Sequence record: PV231354.1
Length of the DNA: 64,000 bases
Strand: one strand, 5' to 3'
Shown here: positions 27,442-36,888 of the stretch, one piece after another
Numbering within the stretch: the stretch's first letter is position 1
Layout of the letters: the number at the start of each line of letters is the position of its first letter
Made by a program: the position numbers and the translations under genes
Notes under the pieces: model-generated
What the model was told of the DNA's origin: nothing
Seen by the model: the letters and a program-made list of their open reading frames with translations, nothing else
Databases searched by the model: none

Positions 27442-28776
27442 CTAGCGAAGGACGGTGAGGGTTTCGGCCGCGCGGGTGACGGCCGTGTAGAGCCACTTGT
27501 CTTCGTCGGCGCGGAAGCAGCCGGACTCGTCGATCACGACGACGTCCTTCCACTGCGATCCCTGCGAGGCGTGGCAGGTGATGGCGTAGGCCCAGTCGGC
27601 GACGATCGAGTTCTTCAGAGCCCGCCACGCCTTCTGCTCGGGCGCGGTGTAGCCCTTGGGCGTGCGCGAGAAGTGCTCCTCGAACATGCCCTGGAACATC
27701 ATCTTGTCGTGGTGTTCGACCCCGTTCTCTTCCTGGAACGAGCCCATGAAGGTGGCGTCGCCCTTGGTGAAGCTGACGTCCTTGATCGAGGTGACCTCGG
27801 TGCCGTTGGTCAGGTCGGGGTTGTCGCGGACGTTCTTGCGGATCATCAGCGGCTCGCCCTTCTGGGGGCCGACGCGCTCGCCGGGGTACTCGACGAAGCC
27901 GAACTCCGAACGCAGTTGCTGGTTGGTGTTCCAGCGCGTCTTGTTGCGGCCGACGATGAACTGCGGGCGGTCCTCGAAATCGAAGACCTCCTCGTATTCC
28001 TGGCGCCGCATGACCTTCACGCCGCTGCCGTAGTCGCGGTAGGGCAGGTCCTTACCTTCGCGCGCCAGGGTCGACAGGTGGATGATCGGGTTGTCCTTGG
28101 CCTGACGGTGGATTTCCGACAGGAAGAAGTCCGGGTCGTTCGCCAGCAGGCCAGCGGCGTCCTCGACCGGCGGAAGCTGACCAGGATCGCCCATGGCGAA
28201 GATCGGCACGCCGAATTCCATCAGGTCGTCGGTCATGCGCCGGCCGACCATGGAGGCTTCGTCGACCACGATCAGGCTGGCCAGTTGGATGGCGCTGTCG
28301 GGGTTGAGTTGGAAGTTGATCTTGTCCTCGCGGTACGCGGCGCTGAGTTCGGCCTCCAGGCGCGTGATCAGCTTGCGTTGCGTGAAGATGTGCTGATCCT
28401 TGTCGGGATCGCCGCCGTCCATGGCGCACAGGTACATCGCCTCCGAGAGCGCTTCCCGGTGGTTTTCCAGGTCGGTTTCCAGTTGCGAGATCGGCGCCGG
28501 CTTGGCGCGATAGATCGACGAGTGGATCGTGCCGGCGTTGGTGTTGGGGTAGCCCTGGGCCTTGAGCTTGGTGCGCATGACCTTGGCGGCCTTGCCCGTC
28601 GGGGCGACGAAGGCCACCGTCTCGGGCGCGATGCCGAGGGTGTCGAGGATGAAGGGCAGGATGGTCGACTTGCCCGAGCCGGCGAAGCCGGTCATGGTCG
28701 TCAGAGGCTGGCCGTCCTTGATCTTCTCAACGACGACCTTGCGGCACTTGTCCTGTTGATCGCTGAGAGTCGTCAT
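27442..28776 (-). CDS. RecD/Dda-like SF1B DNA helicase
   Basis: GFAGSGKS, APTGKAA, VDEASMV, GDPGQLPPV, YAITCHASQGSQW, LYTAVTRA. Confidence 0.9.
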   Translation of the reverse strand: MTTLSDQQDKCRKVVVEKIKDGQPLTTMTGFAGSGKSTILPFILDTLGIAPETVAFVAPTGKAAKVMRTKLKAQGYPNTNAGTIHSSIYRAKPAPISQLETDLENHREALSEAMYLCAMDGGDPDKDQHIFTQRKLITRLEAELSAAYREDKINFQLNPDSAIQLASLIVVDEASMVGRRMTDDLMEFGVPIFAMGDPGQLPPVEDAAGLLANDPDFFLSEIHRQAKDNPIIHLSTLAREGKDLPYRDYGSGVKVMRRQEYEEVFDFEDRPQFIVGRNKTRWNTNQQLRSEFGFVEYPGERVGPQKGEPLMIRKNVRDNPDLTNGTEVTSIKDVSFTKGDATFMGSFQEENGVEHHDKMMFQGMFEEHFSRTPKGYTAPEQKAWRALKNSIVADWAYAITCHASQGSQWKDVVVIDESGCFRADEDKWLYTAVTRAAETLTVLR

Positions 28777-28848
28777 CGGGGTCTTTCGGGCGCGAGCAAG
28801 GGAACCCGCCCGGACAAGCCGGGCGGGTTGGTCGAAGCAGGGAGGTGC

Positions 28849-29991
28849 TTAGAAGCGACCGCGCGCGCGCGGCTTTTCCTCGTCCTTGCCCTTGTCGTCC
28901 TCGTCGTCGCGGCTCGAACGACGGCTCGAACGCTCTTCACGTTCGTCGCGGTCGTCACGATCGTCGTCGCGCGAACGGCGGGCCGGACGCTCGTCCTCGT
29001 CGTCGCGGCTCGAACGACGCGCCGGGCGCTCTTCGTCCTCGTCACGCGAGCGGCGGGCCGGGCGTTCCTCGCGGTCGTCCTTGGCCTTGTCGTCCTCGTC
29101 GTCACGGCTCGAACGACGGCTCGAACGCTCTTCGCGCTCGTCTTCCTTGTCGTCGCGGGCCGAGCGGCGGGTCGAGCGCTCTTCACGATCGTCCTCGTCG
29201 TCGCGGCTCGACCGGCGGGTCGAACGCTCTTCGCGCTCGCTGCGATCGTCACGATCCTCGTCGCGCGAACGGCGGGCCGGACGCTCGTCTTCGTCCTCGC
29301 GACCACGGCGCGAGCCGCGCTTGTCTTCGAGCGCCTTGCCCTTGCCGGCGTCGTAGTCTTCCTGCGAGCCCTCGACCAGGGAGGCGAGGTCCTTCTCCGA
29401 CATCCAGTCGACGATCTTGAACTTGGGCGCGTACTTGGTGACCTTACGGCCGCCCTTGGTCTTGCCCTCGAACTCGTTGGAGTCCAGTTCGATGATCGGC
29501 AGTTCGCCGGGGTGGTTGCGGAAGCTGTTGCCGAAGTCCTTCAGGAACGCGGCCAGCGCGCGGCGCTTGGACACGTTGTTGGCCTGGAAGACCATCTCGA
29601 CGTAGGGCTCGTCGATCAGACGGAAGTCGATCGTGTACTGCTCGACCGGGCCGTCTTCTTCGCCGTAGGGGCCGTGGTCGGGCAGGCTACCCTTGGTCGG
29701 CTGCGGGCCGTCCGCCAGGGCGACCATTTCTTCGTAGACGACCTTGCCGTCCACCCAGATCACCCAGCCGCGCTTGTAGGAGCGCAGGTTCGCGGCCATC
29801 CGCGTCTTGTTCTTCAGCGGCTCGTCTTCGGCGCCGTAGGAGAACGAGCCGTCGTTGCCGTCGAACTTCATGAAGGCCTTGCCGTCGCCGCCGCCCTTGA
29901 GGTTGTTGGCCTCGGTGGCGATCATGGCGTAGAAATCGTCGTTCGACGTCAGGTAGCCGCCGTTCGAACGGGTGGTCACTTCGTTACCCAT
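28849..29991 (-). CDS. Putative ssDNA-binding/annealing protein with a long R/D/E/S repeat tail
   Basis: N-terminal FMKFDGNDGSF...YKRGWVIW...YAPKFKIVDW beta-rich domain; tail of RSSRRSSRDDED and ERPARRSRDED repeats; replication-module context (function inferred). Confidence 0.6.
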   Translation of the reverse strand: MGNEVTTRSNGGYLTSNDDFYAMIATEANNLKGGGDGKAFMKFDGNDGSFSYGAEDEPLKNKTRMAANLRSYKRGWVIWVDGKVVYEEMVALADGPQPTKGSLPDHGPYGEEDGPVEQYTIDFRLIDEPYVEMVFQANNVSKRRALAAFLKDFGNSFRNHPGELPIIELDSNEFEGKTKGGRKVTKYAPKFKIVDWMSEKDLASLVEGSQEDYDAGKGKALEDKRGSRRGREDEDERPARRSRDEDRDDRSEREERSTRRSSRDDEDDREERSTRRSARDDKEDEREERSSRRSSRDDEDDKAKDDREERPARRSRDEDEERPARRSSRDDEDERPARRSRDDDRDDRDEREERSSRRSSRDDEDDKGKDEEKPRARGRF

Positions 29992-30102
29992 AGTGCTGAT
30001 GCCTATTTTCTGGGAGTTCCCCGGAAGCGAGATTGCCTCCGGGGCTGTTTCTAGGACTAGACTGAGACTAGCTAGGACTGAGGGAAGACAACCGAAGTAG
30101 AG

Positions 30103-31239
30103 CTATTCCTCGTCCGCCTTCTGAGCACCCTTTTCAGAGATGTTCAGGCGGCCGTGGCCTTCACCTTCCTTCATGTAGTCTTCGATATTGAGACCATGTT
30201 CAGCCAGCGCTTCGCGAACCGCGCCGGTGTCGAGGGTCTTGCGACCCTTGATCCAGGAGATGGAGCCCTTGATCTTGCCGTCCGCAGACTTCGCGACCCG
30301 GACTCCGGTATTCGTGAACCACTGCTTCAGAGCCTCCGAAGCAGCTTTGTGGCCCACTTCGGCCGCCTTTTTCGCAGCCGAGGCGCACCGCTCCTCGACC
30401 ACAAGGCGTTCGAACTCAGCCAGGATGGGCAGCGGCGTCTCCTTGGAGTTCGCTTCGCCCTTCGTGGGGGTTGACTTTTTGATGGTCTGCGCGCAGGCGA
30501 CCTTGTAGGGGCAGTACGTGCAGGAACTATCGATCTTGCCCTCGGCCATGATCACCGAGGGGTCTTCGATCTCGAAGACGTCGCGCGCCCGTTGCATGGC
30601 GACTTCGAACGCCTTCTGGTCGTAAGGCACGACGAAGATTTCGATGTCGTCGAAGAAGCTGGCGTCGACGTAGATGATCACCGCGTAGTTCGGCCGCCAC
30701 GACGAAAGCTGGCGCGTAAGGCCCATCTGGACGATCGTCTGGCCCCGGTGAATCGCCTTCTCCTCCTTGAGGTTCACGCGCGGGTCGACCGACTTGATTT
30801 CCAGGTTGAAGCAGTTGGAGGGATGCTCGACGTCCTTGCGCGAGCCGCCCAGCGAGGCGATCCCGTACTGGGCCAGGGCGTCGTCATCGGCGTAGATCAC
30901 CAGACCGTCGGGCGTGGCCGACAGCGGCGCCTCGGGCGAGATGAGGGTCTTCTGGTTGGCGCCGCCCCAGATCAGTTGGGCGTCACGCGTCAGGTTCTCC
31001 ATGATCCACTTGACGCCGGGCTCGACGAAGTGGTTTTCCATCATGTCGCCGCGCTGGAGCGCGCCCCACGATTGCTCGTAGTCGGGGTCCTTGTCGGCGC
31101 CATGCTTGGCGTACCAGACCTTGCGCAGGCACCCGAAGGCCTCGGACGCGCCCACGGACTTGGTCCGGTCGTGCTTCCAGACCTTCTGGCGGGAGTTCAC
31201 CCACTTGTCGAAGCCGTCTTTGAAATCGATCGCAGCCAT
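30103..31239 (-). CDS. PD-(D/E)xK (Cas4/RecB-like) exonuclease
   Basis: GASEAFGCLRK...RG..ME, SATPDG, LEIKS, CTYCPYKVAC Cys cluster. Confidence 0.8.
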   Translation of the reverse strand: MAAIDFKDGFDKWVNSRQKVWKHDRTKSVGASEAFGCLRKVWYAKHGADKDPDYEQSWGALQRGDMMENHFVEPGVKWIMENLTRDAQLIWGGANQKTLISPEAPLSATPDGLVIYADDDALAQYGIASLGGSRKDVEHPSNCFNLEIKSVDPRVNLKEEKAIHRGQTIVQMGLTRQLSSWRPNYAVIIYVDASFFDDIEIFVVPYDQKAFEVAMQRARDVFEIEDPSVIMAEGKIDSSCTYCPYKVACAQTIKKSTPTKGEANSKETPLPILAEFERLVVEERCASAAKKAAEVGHKAASEALKQWFTNTGVRVAKSADGKIKGSISWIKGRKTLDTGAVREALAEHGLNIEDYMKEGEGHGRLNISEKGAQKADEE

Positions 31240-31314
31240 CTAGCGCACCGCCGTCATAAATTCCTGGTTTCGTGACTAGGGTTCATCCAGGGTCACGGGC
31301 CTGGGACGCGGGAA

Positions 31315-31398
31315 CTAGGTCCGGTCGAGCCGGTTGCGCAGCCAGATCAGGAAGGCGATCCCGAGGACGGTGCCGATGATGAAGACGAGGTCGTTCAC
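31315..31398 (-). CDS. Small membrane peptide (27 aa), not in the ORF track
   Basis: GTGA overlap with the upstream stop, AGGAG upstream, MNDLVFIIGTVLGIAFLIWLRNRLDRT. Confidence 0.5.
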   Translation of the reverse strand: MNDLVFIIGTVLGIAFLIWLRNRLDRT

Positions 31399-32024
31399 GC
31401 CGCCTTCTCCTGGCGCTTGGCCTCCACCATGTCCTGCATGGCGTAGTAGCAGCGGCGCGTGGCCTGGACGTCGGCGATCGCGGTGTGGGCGTCTTCGAAG
31501 CCTTCGCCGGTCAGGTGCTTGTGCAGGTCGATCAGCTTGGGCTTGCGATAGCCGCCCTGACGCGAGGGCAGCTTCATCAGCGGCGTGCCCGCCACGATGG
31601 TGTCGAACATCGACTTGCCTTCGAACGGATCGGCGTCAGGCCGGCCCAGGACGCGGCGCACCACGTTGGTCACGATCTTGTTGTCGAAGGAGATGTGGTT
31701 GTGCCCGACGATCACGTCGGCGACGGCGACCATGTCCATGAAGGCTTCGATCGCGATCGCCTCGGTCATGCCGATCTTCTCGGAGATGTCGGGCGAGACG
31801 CCGTGGATGGCGGCGGCGCCGCCCTTGCCGTCGCGGCCGATCGTCCAGTCGCTCAGGACGCTGGTCGGGACCGTGCCCAGGCTCAGGATCGTGTCGAGGC
31901 GGGCGGCCTCGCGCCGGTCCGGATAAGCCAGGATCGCACCCAGTTGGACGATGCGGGGCTGCTCATCCAAGGGCTTCTTGCTGTCCGGAAAACCGGTGGT
32001 CTCGGTGTCGTAAAAAAGGATCAT
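31395..32024 (-). CDS. DEDDh 3'-5' exonuclease (DnaQ/epsilon-like)
   Basis: FYDTETTG, HGVS, GHNHISFD, AHTAIADV; start at MILFYD. Confidence 0.88.
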   Translation of the reverse strand: MILFYDTETTGFPDSKKPLDEQPRIVQLGAILAYPDRREAARLDTILSLGTVPTSVLSDWTIGRDGKGGAAAIHGVSPDISEKIGMTEAIAIEAFMDMVAVADVIVGHNHISFDNKIVTNVVRRVLGRPDADPFEGKSMFDTIVAGTPLMKLPSRQGGYRKPKLIDLHKHLTGEGFEDAHTAIADVQATRRCYYAMQDMVEAKRQEKAA

Positions 32025-32096
32025 CGGGGCGATCTCGTTCGGGAGTGTCTTGTTAACCAAGTTCCGGATGGGTGTCAAGATTCACGACATCGAAAG

Positions 32097-32759
32097 TCAC
32101 GAAGGATGACGCACGGCCTTGATGATCTCGTAGATGCGCTGCACCGACAGGCCCAGGTCCGCCGCGATCGACGACACCGGCTCACCGTCGGCGTAGCGCT
32201 TCTCGGTCCAGGCGTAGTGCGCCTTCTTGGTCTCCTCGCGCTTGGCTTTGGCCTCGGGCGCGTGGCGGTCGATGAAGCGGTAGATCGCGATCCGCGAGAC
32301 GCCGTACTGCTGGGCGATGAACGGCACGGGGGCGAAGCTGGTGAATTGCAGGACGATGTCGTCGGCGTGGTCGGCGAGGGCCATGAGGTGCTCCAGGGTG
32401 TCGAGGGCGCGGTCGATCACCACCGCCGCGCGCTTGGAAGGCTGTTTGGTCAGGAAGCCGCAGAGGCGGCCGGCGGCGTAGGGTGGCTCGCACCCTTCGA
32501 TCAGGTATTGTTCGGCGGTCGGGTCCAGCCGCTCGCCGGCCTTGTTCGCCAGCCACCAGTGGGTGCCGCCGTCAGGGTCCGGTGCGACCATGGGCCGCCA
32601 GGGGCCGTCGAGACCTCCGGACAGATGCCAGAGCGCCTCGGAGGCGACATAGCAGTGCCCGGCGGTCGGGTTCGAAGCCGTGTACGCGGAACGATAGGGC
32701 TCGCGCAGAAGCTCGGGTGTGAGGGCGCCCTGCACCGCTCTGAGGGTGTCGATGTCCAT
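32097..32759 (-). CDS. Hypothetical protein with C-terminal HTH-like repeats
   Basis: Start coupled to the polymerase stop (TGATG); IAQQYGVSRIAIYR and IAADLGLSVQRIYE. Confidence 0.6.
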   Translation of the reverse strand: MDIDTLRAVQGALTPELLREPYRSAYTASNPTAGHCYVASEALWHLSGGLDGPWRPMVAPDPDGGTHWWLANKAGERLDPTAEQYLIEGCEPPYAAGRLCGFLTKQPSKRAAVVIDRALDTLEHLMALADHADDIVLQFTSFAPVPFIAQQYGVSRIAIYRFIDRHAPEAKAKREETKKAHYAWTEKRYADGEPVSSIAADLGLSVQRIYEIIKAVRHPS

Positions 32760-35005
32760 CAATGGGTTTCCGCCCACGTGCGGCCCCACTTGACGTCCAC
32801 GTCGACCGGCAGGCGGAAATCGAACCGGTGCCCGGCTTCCTTCGCCGCGTCGACGATGTTGCGGCGGCAGATTTCCTTGATCGCCGGGTCGTCGCGCACG
32901 GCGACCTGCATTTCGTCGTGGACCCAGGCCAGCACCGCGTAGTCGCCGTCCCAGCCGTGGACGAGGCCGTCGTCTTCGTTGAAGGTCTCGAAGTTGACGC
33001 ACCAGCCCTTGGCGATGGTCGCGCCGGCGCCCTGGAGCTTGGTGTTGAGCGCCGAGTGCTTTGCCCGCACGTAGAGCAGGCGCCCGTCGAGCGCGTCGAC
33101 ATAGCCGCGCTTGGCCTCCCGCTGCACGGCCTTGACGACCTGTTGCAGCGCCGGGATGCGCGTCATAATGCGGCGGCGCATTTCCGAGCCCAGGGCCTTG
33201 GCCTTTGCGACGTTCATCGTCAGGGTCGGATCGACGGTGCAGCCCAGCTTGTAGTCCTGGGCGCCGTAGATCATGGCGTAGATGAAGGTCTTGGCGGTGT
33301 CGCGAGACTCCATTTCCATGGCGGCTTGGTGGACGCCGTGGACGTCGCCATCCAGGACGATCTTGCCGTACTGCCCGTTGTCGAACTCCGCCATGAAGTG
33401 CGCCAGACAGCGCAGTTCGATACCCGCTTGGTCGGCGCCCATGAGGACCCAGCCCTCGGGCACGTAGAAGAGGTCGCGGCTATCCCAGCCGTGGTCGCCC
33501 TCGCGGCCCTTCATCAGGACCTTCTTGGTGATCACCTCGCCCTTCTCGTTGAGCGTGAACTCGCCCTCGGGAGTCAGCACCGGCCGGCCACGGATTTGCT
33601 TGCCGTCCGGGCCGAGCAGCGGGACCTTCTTGGCCTCGTCCTTCCACTGCGGCGGCGACTTGAAGACGACGCGCGGAACCTGGGCGATGTTGGGGTTGGA
33701 GTGCGAGGCGCGGTTGGTCACCGTGCCGCCCACGTTGACGCGGCCGTGAATCTTGCCGTCGCCGTTCCATTCCTCGCACTTCGCCAGCCAGCCGTTCTTG
33801 CCGTCGACCAGTTGCCCCAGGCGCTTCTTGTAGTAGAAGATTTCCGCCAGGGTCTCGCAGATCGGGATGACCAGCTTCTTGGTGTTCTCGTCCTCGGCCT
33901 TGGCCAGATCGCGCAGCACCTCGTCGTCGACGACGGGGGCGTTGTTCTCGGTGAACTCCTGGGGCTCCCAGCCGTAGACCTTGGTCAGGCGGTCAACGAT
34001 CTGCTGGCGCGAGTTGGGGTTGAACTCGGTGATTTTGACCGGGCAGAACGGGGCGCCGGCCGTGCGGTCGCCCTTCATCGGGTCCTTGTACTTGACGTCG
34101 CGCGAGGGCACCGTCACCTCGGCCCAGTGCTCGCGCGTATCGTCCTCGCCAAACTCCGGGCGCGGGCGATAGGAGACCTGATCCTTCTCGGGCTTGCCGG
34201 TCTCGGGCGAGCAGTAGGTGGTCGACTTGTTCTTCCGCAGCCACTTGCCCGGCACCCACCAGGAGCCGAAGTGCTTGATCGCCTCGTCCGACATCTTGGT
34301 GTGGGCCGTGCGCAGTTCGTCTTCGAGACGGCGCGCGCGCTCGCGGTGGAACGGGAAGCCGTTGCGCTGCACCCGCTCCATCATGTCGTGGACCATGTGT
34401 TCGAGCGTGATCGCGGTCTTGGACCACGGCCGGCTCTCGATCTTGCGCCACAGGGCCTCGGTGACCTCGACGTCCTGGATGGCGTAGTCTTCCATGTCCT
34501 GGTTCCAGGAGCCCCAGACGTAGCGGCTGATCTCCGCCTTGTCCGTGATGCCCTTGGCCTTGGCCTCTTCCTCGGCGACGTCGGCATAGTCGCCCTTGGG
34601 GAAGCCCAGGCGCTGGCCCCAGGCCCCCAGTTCGTGCGAGCCGATGTAGCCGCCGTAGAGGTCGCCGCGCTTCCACATGCGGAAGTCGTCGTCCTTGAGG
34701 TCGGCGAACAGCATCCGCGTCATCACCAGGGTGTCGCGCAGGATGCCTTGCGGGTTGAACTTGTTGCCGTAGACCTTCTTCAGGGCCTCGCAGTCGAAGC
34801 CCACGATGTTGTGGCCGATCAACATCTCGGCCTCGTTCAGCATCTTGATGCCTTCGAGGATGTTGTCCTCGCGCTTGTTGCGGTGGAAGACCCACCGCTG
34901 GCGCGTGTCAGCGTCCTTGATCACCAGGATGTGGATGCGCGTGAGTTGCAGCAGCAGCCCATCGGTTTCCAAGTCGAAGAGGAGGCGGCGCTTACGCAGC
35001 TTCAT
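32759..35005 (-). CDS. DNA polymerase family A, T7-like, with a 3'-5' exonuclease domain
   Basis: FDLETDG, GHNIVGFD, YAIQDVEVT; polymerase motifs GADQAGIELRCLAH, RDTAKTFIYAMIYGA, WVHDEMQ. Confidence 0.95.
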   Translation of the reverse strand: MKLRKRRLLFDLETDGLLLQLTRIHILVIKDADTRQRWVFHRNKREDNILEGIKMLNEAEMLIGHNIVGFDCEALKKVYGNKFNPQGILRDTLVMTRMLFADLKDDDFRMWKRGDLYGGYIGSHELGAWGQRLGFPKGDYADVAEEEAKAKGITDKAEISRYVWGSWNQDMEDYAIQDVEVTEALWRKIESRPWSKTAITLEHMVHDMMERVQRNGFPFHRERARRLEDELRTAHTKMSDEAIKHFGSWWVPGKWLRKNKSTTYCSPETGKPEKDQVSYRPRPEFGEDDTREHWAEVTVPSRDVKYKDPMKGDRTAGAPFCPVKITEFNPNSRQQIVDRLTKVYGWEPQEFTENNAPVVDDEVLRDLAKAEDENTKKLVIPICETLAEIFYYKKRLGQLVDGKNGWLAKCEEWNGDGKIHGRVNVGGTVTNRASHSNPNIAQVPRVVFKSPPQWKDEAKKVPLLGPDGKQIRGRPVLTPEGEFTLNEKGEVITKKVLMKGREGDHGWDSRDLFYVPEGWVLMGADQAGIELRCLAHFMAEFDNGQYGKIVLDGDVHGVHQAAMEMESRDTAKTFIYAMIYGAQDYKLGCTVDPTLTMNVAKAKALGSEMRRRIMTRIPALQQVVKAVQREAKRGYVDALDGRLLYVRAKHSALNTKLQGAGATIAKGWCVNFETFNEDDGLVHGWDGDYAVLAWVHDEMQVAVRDDPAIKEICRRNIVDAAKEAGHRFDFRLPVDVDVKWGRTWAETH

Positions 35006-36065
35006 GGAGCACCTTGAGAATCTGGTCGCCGATCCAGTCCACCATCGGGACGATCAGGCTGTTGCCGATGATGGTGCGGCGCTCGGTGTCGGAGAGGCCC
35101 GGCACGTCGGTGTGGGTTCCCGACATCCCCATCAGGCGCTCACACTCGGCCACGGTGTGGTTGCGGATGCGCCAGTCGCCGCGCTCGTGGACCAGGAGCA
35201 TGCCGATGCTGGAGCCGCCCGAGGCGGTGCGCAGGCAGTTGGCGATCTGGCCGCCTTCTTCGATCTGCTGGCCGTCGAAGCCGTTGATCACCCGGCCCCG
35301 GACGGCGACGGTGCGAGCCCGAAAGACAGGGCGGCCGTCAATTCCGGGGACAACGTCCGCCCCGCTTTCGTAGCGTTGTCCAAGAGCGTCGCACGGCGGG
35401 ACGGGCTCATGTACAATGCGGCGGGGATCGATTCCGGAGCGTCGAGTACACGCGACAAGGACAAGCCGCCGGCGGGACTGGGGGACGCCGAACTCGGGGC
35501 CGTCGAAGACCCGCCACGCGATGGCGCGACGGGGTCCCAGCACGTAACCACAGTCCGGCCACCGACGCCCTGCCTTGTGGTCGTCACCTTCGGGCTTTCC
35601 GTAGGGGTAGAGGGCGTCGCGCTCGCCGGCGAGGCGGCCGAGGAACTGTCCAAAGGCGTTGTCCTTGTTGTTGAGGAGCTTGACGACGTTCTCGAAGCAG
35701 AAGATCGGCGGGTCGATTTCGTCGACCAGCCGCAGCCCCGAGAGCGTCAGGCGCCCGCGCGGGTCATCCAGGCCCAGGCCCTTGCCGGCCTCGCTCCACG
35801 CTTGGCAGGGGAACGACGCCCAGAAGACGTCGAGCGTGCCCTCGTGCTGCGTCCCGTCGATCTCCTCCAGGTCGCCCAGGTTGGGCACCGTGCTCCAATG
35901 GTGAGCGAGGAGCTTGATCGGCGCGGACGCGATTTCGCTGAAGAAGCGAGCCTTGCCACCCTTCTTCTCCCAGGCGTAGGACGGGATGTCCGCGCCGGAG
36001 CAAAGGGTCGCAAAGGCCCACGGCTGGACGTCGGAGGCGTCCGCCTGGAGAGGGATCGGGGGCAT
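34992..36065 (-). CDS. C5 cytosine DNA methyltransferase
   Basis: LCSGAD (motif I variant), FPCQAWS (catalytic PC), FENV, PQSRRR, ECERLMG, IGNS. Confidence 0.85.
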   Translation of the reverse strand: MPPIPLQADASDVQPWAFATLCSGADIPSYAWEKKGGKARFFSEIASAPIKLLAHHWSTVPNLGDLEEIDGTQHEGTLDVFWASFPCQAWSEAGKGLGLDDPRGRLTLSGLRLVDEIDPPIFCFENVVKLLNNKDNAFGQFLGRLAGERDALYPYGKPEGDDHKAGRRWPDCGYVLGPRRAIAWRVFDGPEFGVPQSRRRLVLVACTRRSGIDPRRIVHEPVPPCDALGQRYESGADVVPGIDGRPVFRARTVAVRGRVINGFDGQQIEEGGQIANCLRTASGGSSIGMLLVHERGDWRIRNHTVAECERLMGMSGTHTDVPGLSDTERRTIIGNSLIVPMVDWIGDQILKVLHEAA

Positions 36066-36119
36066 GAGGTATGGTTAACCGATGTCGTGAATCACGTCAA
36101 GAAATGTCGTCGGGGACGA

Positions 36120-36878
36120 CTACTTCTGACCGTTGGCGGCGGCGATCTCGGCGTCCGTGAGGAGCCGGCGACCGGTGGTCTTGACCTCGCCGCGCCAGAC
36201 GCGGTCGGCCATCTTCAGGAAGGCCTTGGCGACCTTCTGCTTGTTCTCGTGGCCGATGTGGCGCGCCATCGACAGCGGCCAGCGCGGGGGCAGGGCGTAG
36301 AAGAACATCACCCCCGGCTTGGTGTAGGCATCGACGACGAAGTCGCCGGCCATCCGCTGGTTGACCGAGAACGACTGGTCGCCCAGGATCGCGGTGTTGG
36401 TGTCGTCATAGTAGCCGATGCCGAGCCTGATCTTGTCGATCGCGCTGTCGTAGGCCAGCCAGATGAGGCGCCCGTCACCCAGGCTGACCTCGTCGACCTT
36501 CCAGTCCTCGGGATGGCCCCAGACGGCGTCGTGAGCCATCCGGATGGCCTCGGCCAGCAGCGAGGTGACCGACTTCATCTCGCCGCCGGCCACGAACATG
36601 TCGTCGGTCGTGAGGTCGAGGGTCTTGTCGACGCCAAACAGCGGGGCCAGCTTGCCGGCCTTGAACGAGAAGCCCTCGCGCTCGATCTTGTCGGCGATCT
36701 CGTAGGCGAAGCCCGGCTTGAGGTTGAACGTCATCACGTGGGTGACGTTCAGCCCCGAGGCGGACTCGTGCCCGAGCCCAATCTGGATCGATTGGGTCTC
36801 GTCGGTGACCAGGGCGTAGAGGAAGCCGCCTTTCGGGCGCGTCGGGAACGGCACGCGGCGGGAGACGAGAAGGGTCAT
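36120..36878 (-). CDS. Hypothetical protein
   Basis: 252-aa ORF, GC3-rich, coupled to the upstream gene. Confidence 0.65.
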   Translation of the reverse strand: MTLLVSRRVPFPTRPKGGFLYALVTDETQSIQIGLGHESASGLNVTHVMTFNLKPGFAYEIADKIEREGFSFKAGKLAPLFGVDKTLDLTTDDMFVAGGEMKSVTSLLAEAIRMAHDAVWGHPEDWKVDEVSLGDGRLIWLAYDSAIDKIRLGIGYYDDTNTAILGDQSFSVNQRMAGDFVVDAYTKPGVMFFYALPPRWPLSMARHIGHENKQKVAKAFLKMADRVWRGEVKTTGRRLLTDAEIAAANGQK

Positions 36879-36888
36879 CGGGGCCTCG

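Noticed and set aside
12085-29340. CRISPR-like or DGR-type repeats in the tail fibre and SSB tail
   Set aside because: Repeats are in-frame coding and degenerate at third positions; no spacers, cas genes or reverse transcriptase
21926-35017. Long plus-strand ORFs (21926-24826, 26794-30054, 32762-35017) opposite the replication genes
   Set aside because: Exact antisense mirrors of recognisable genes
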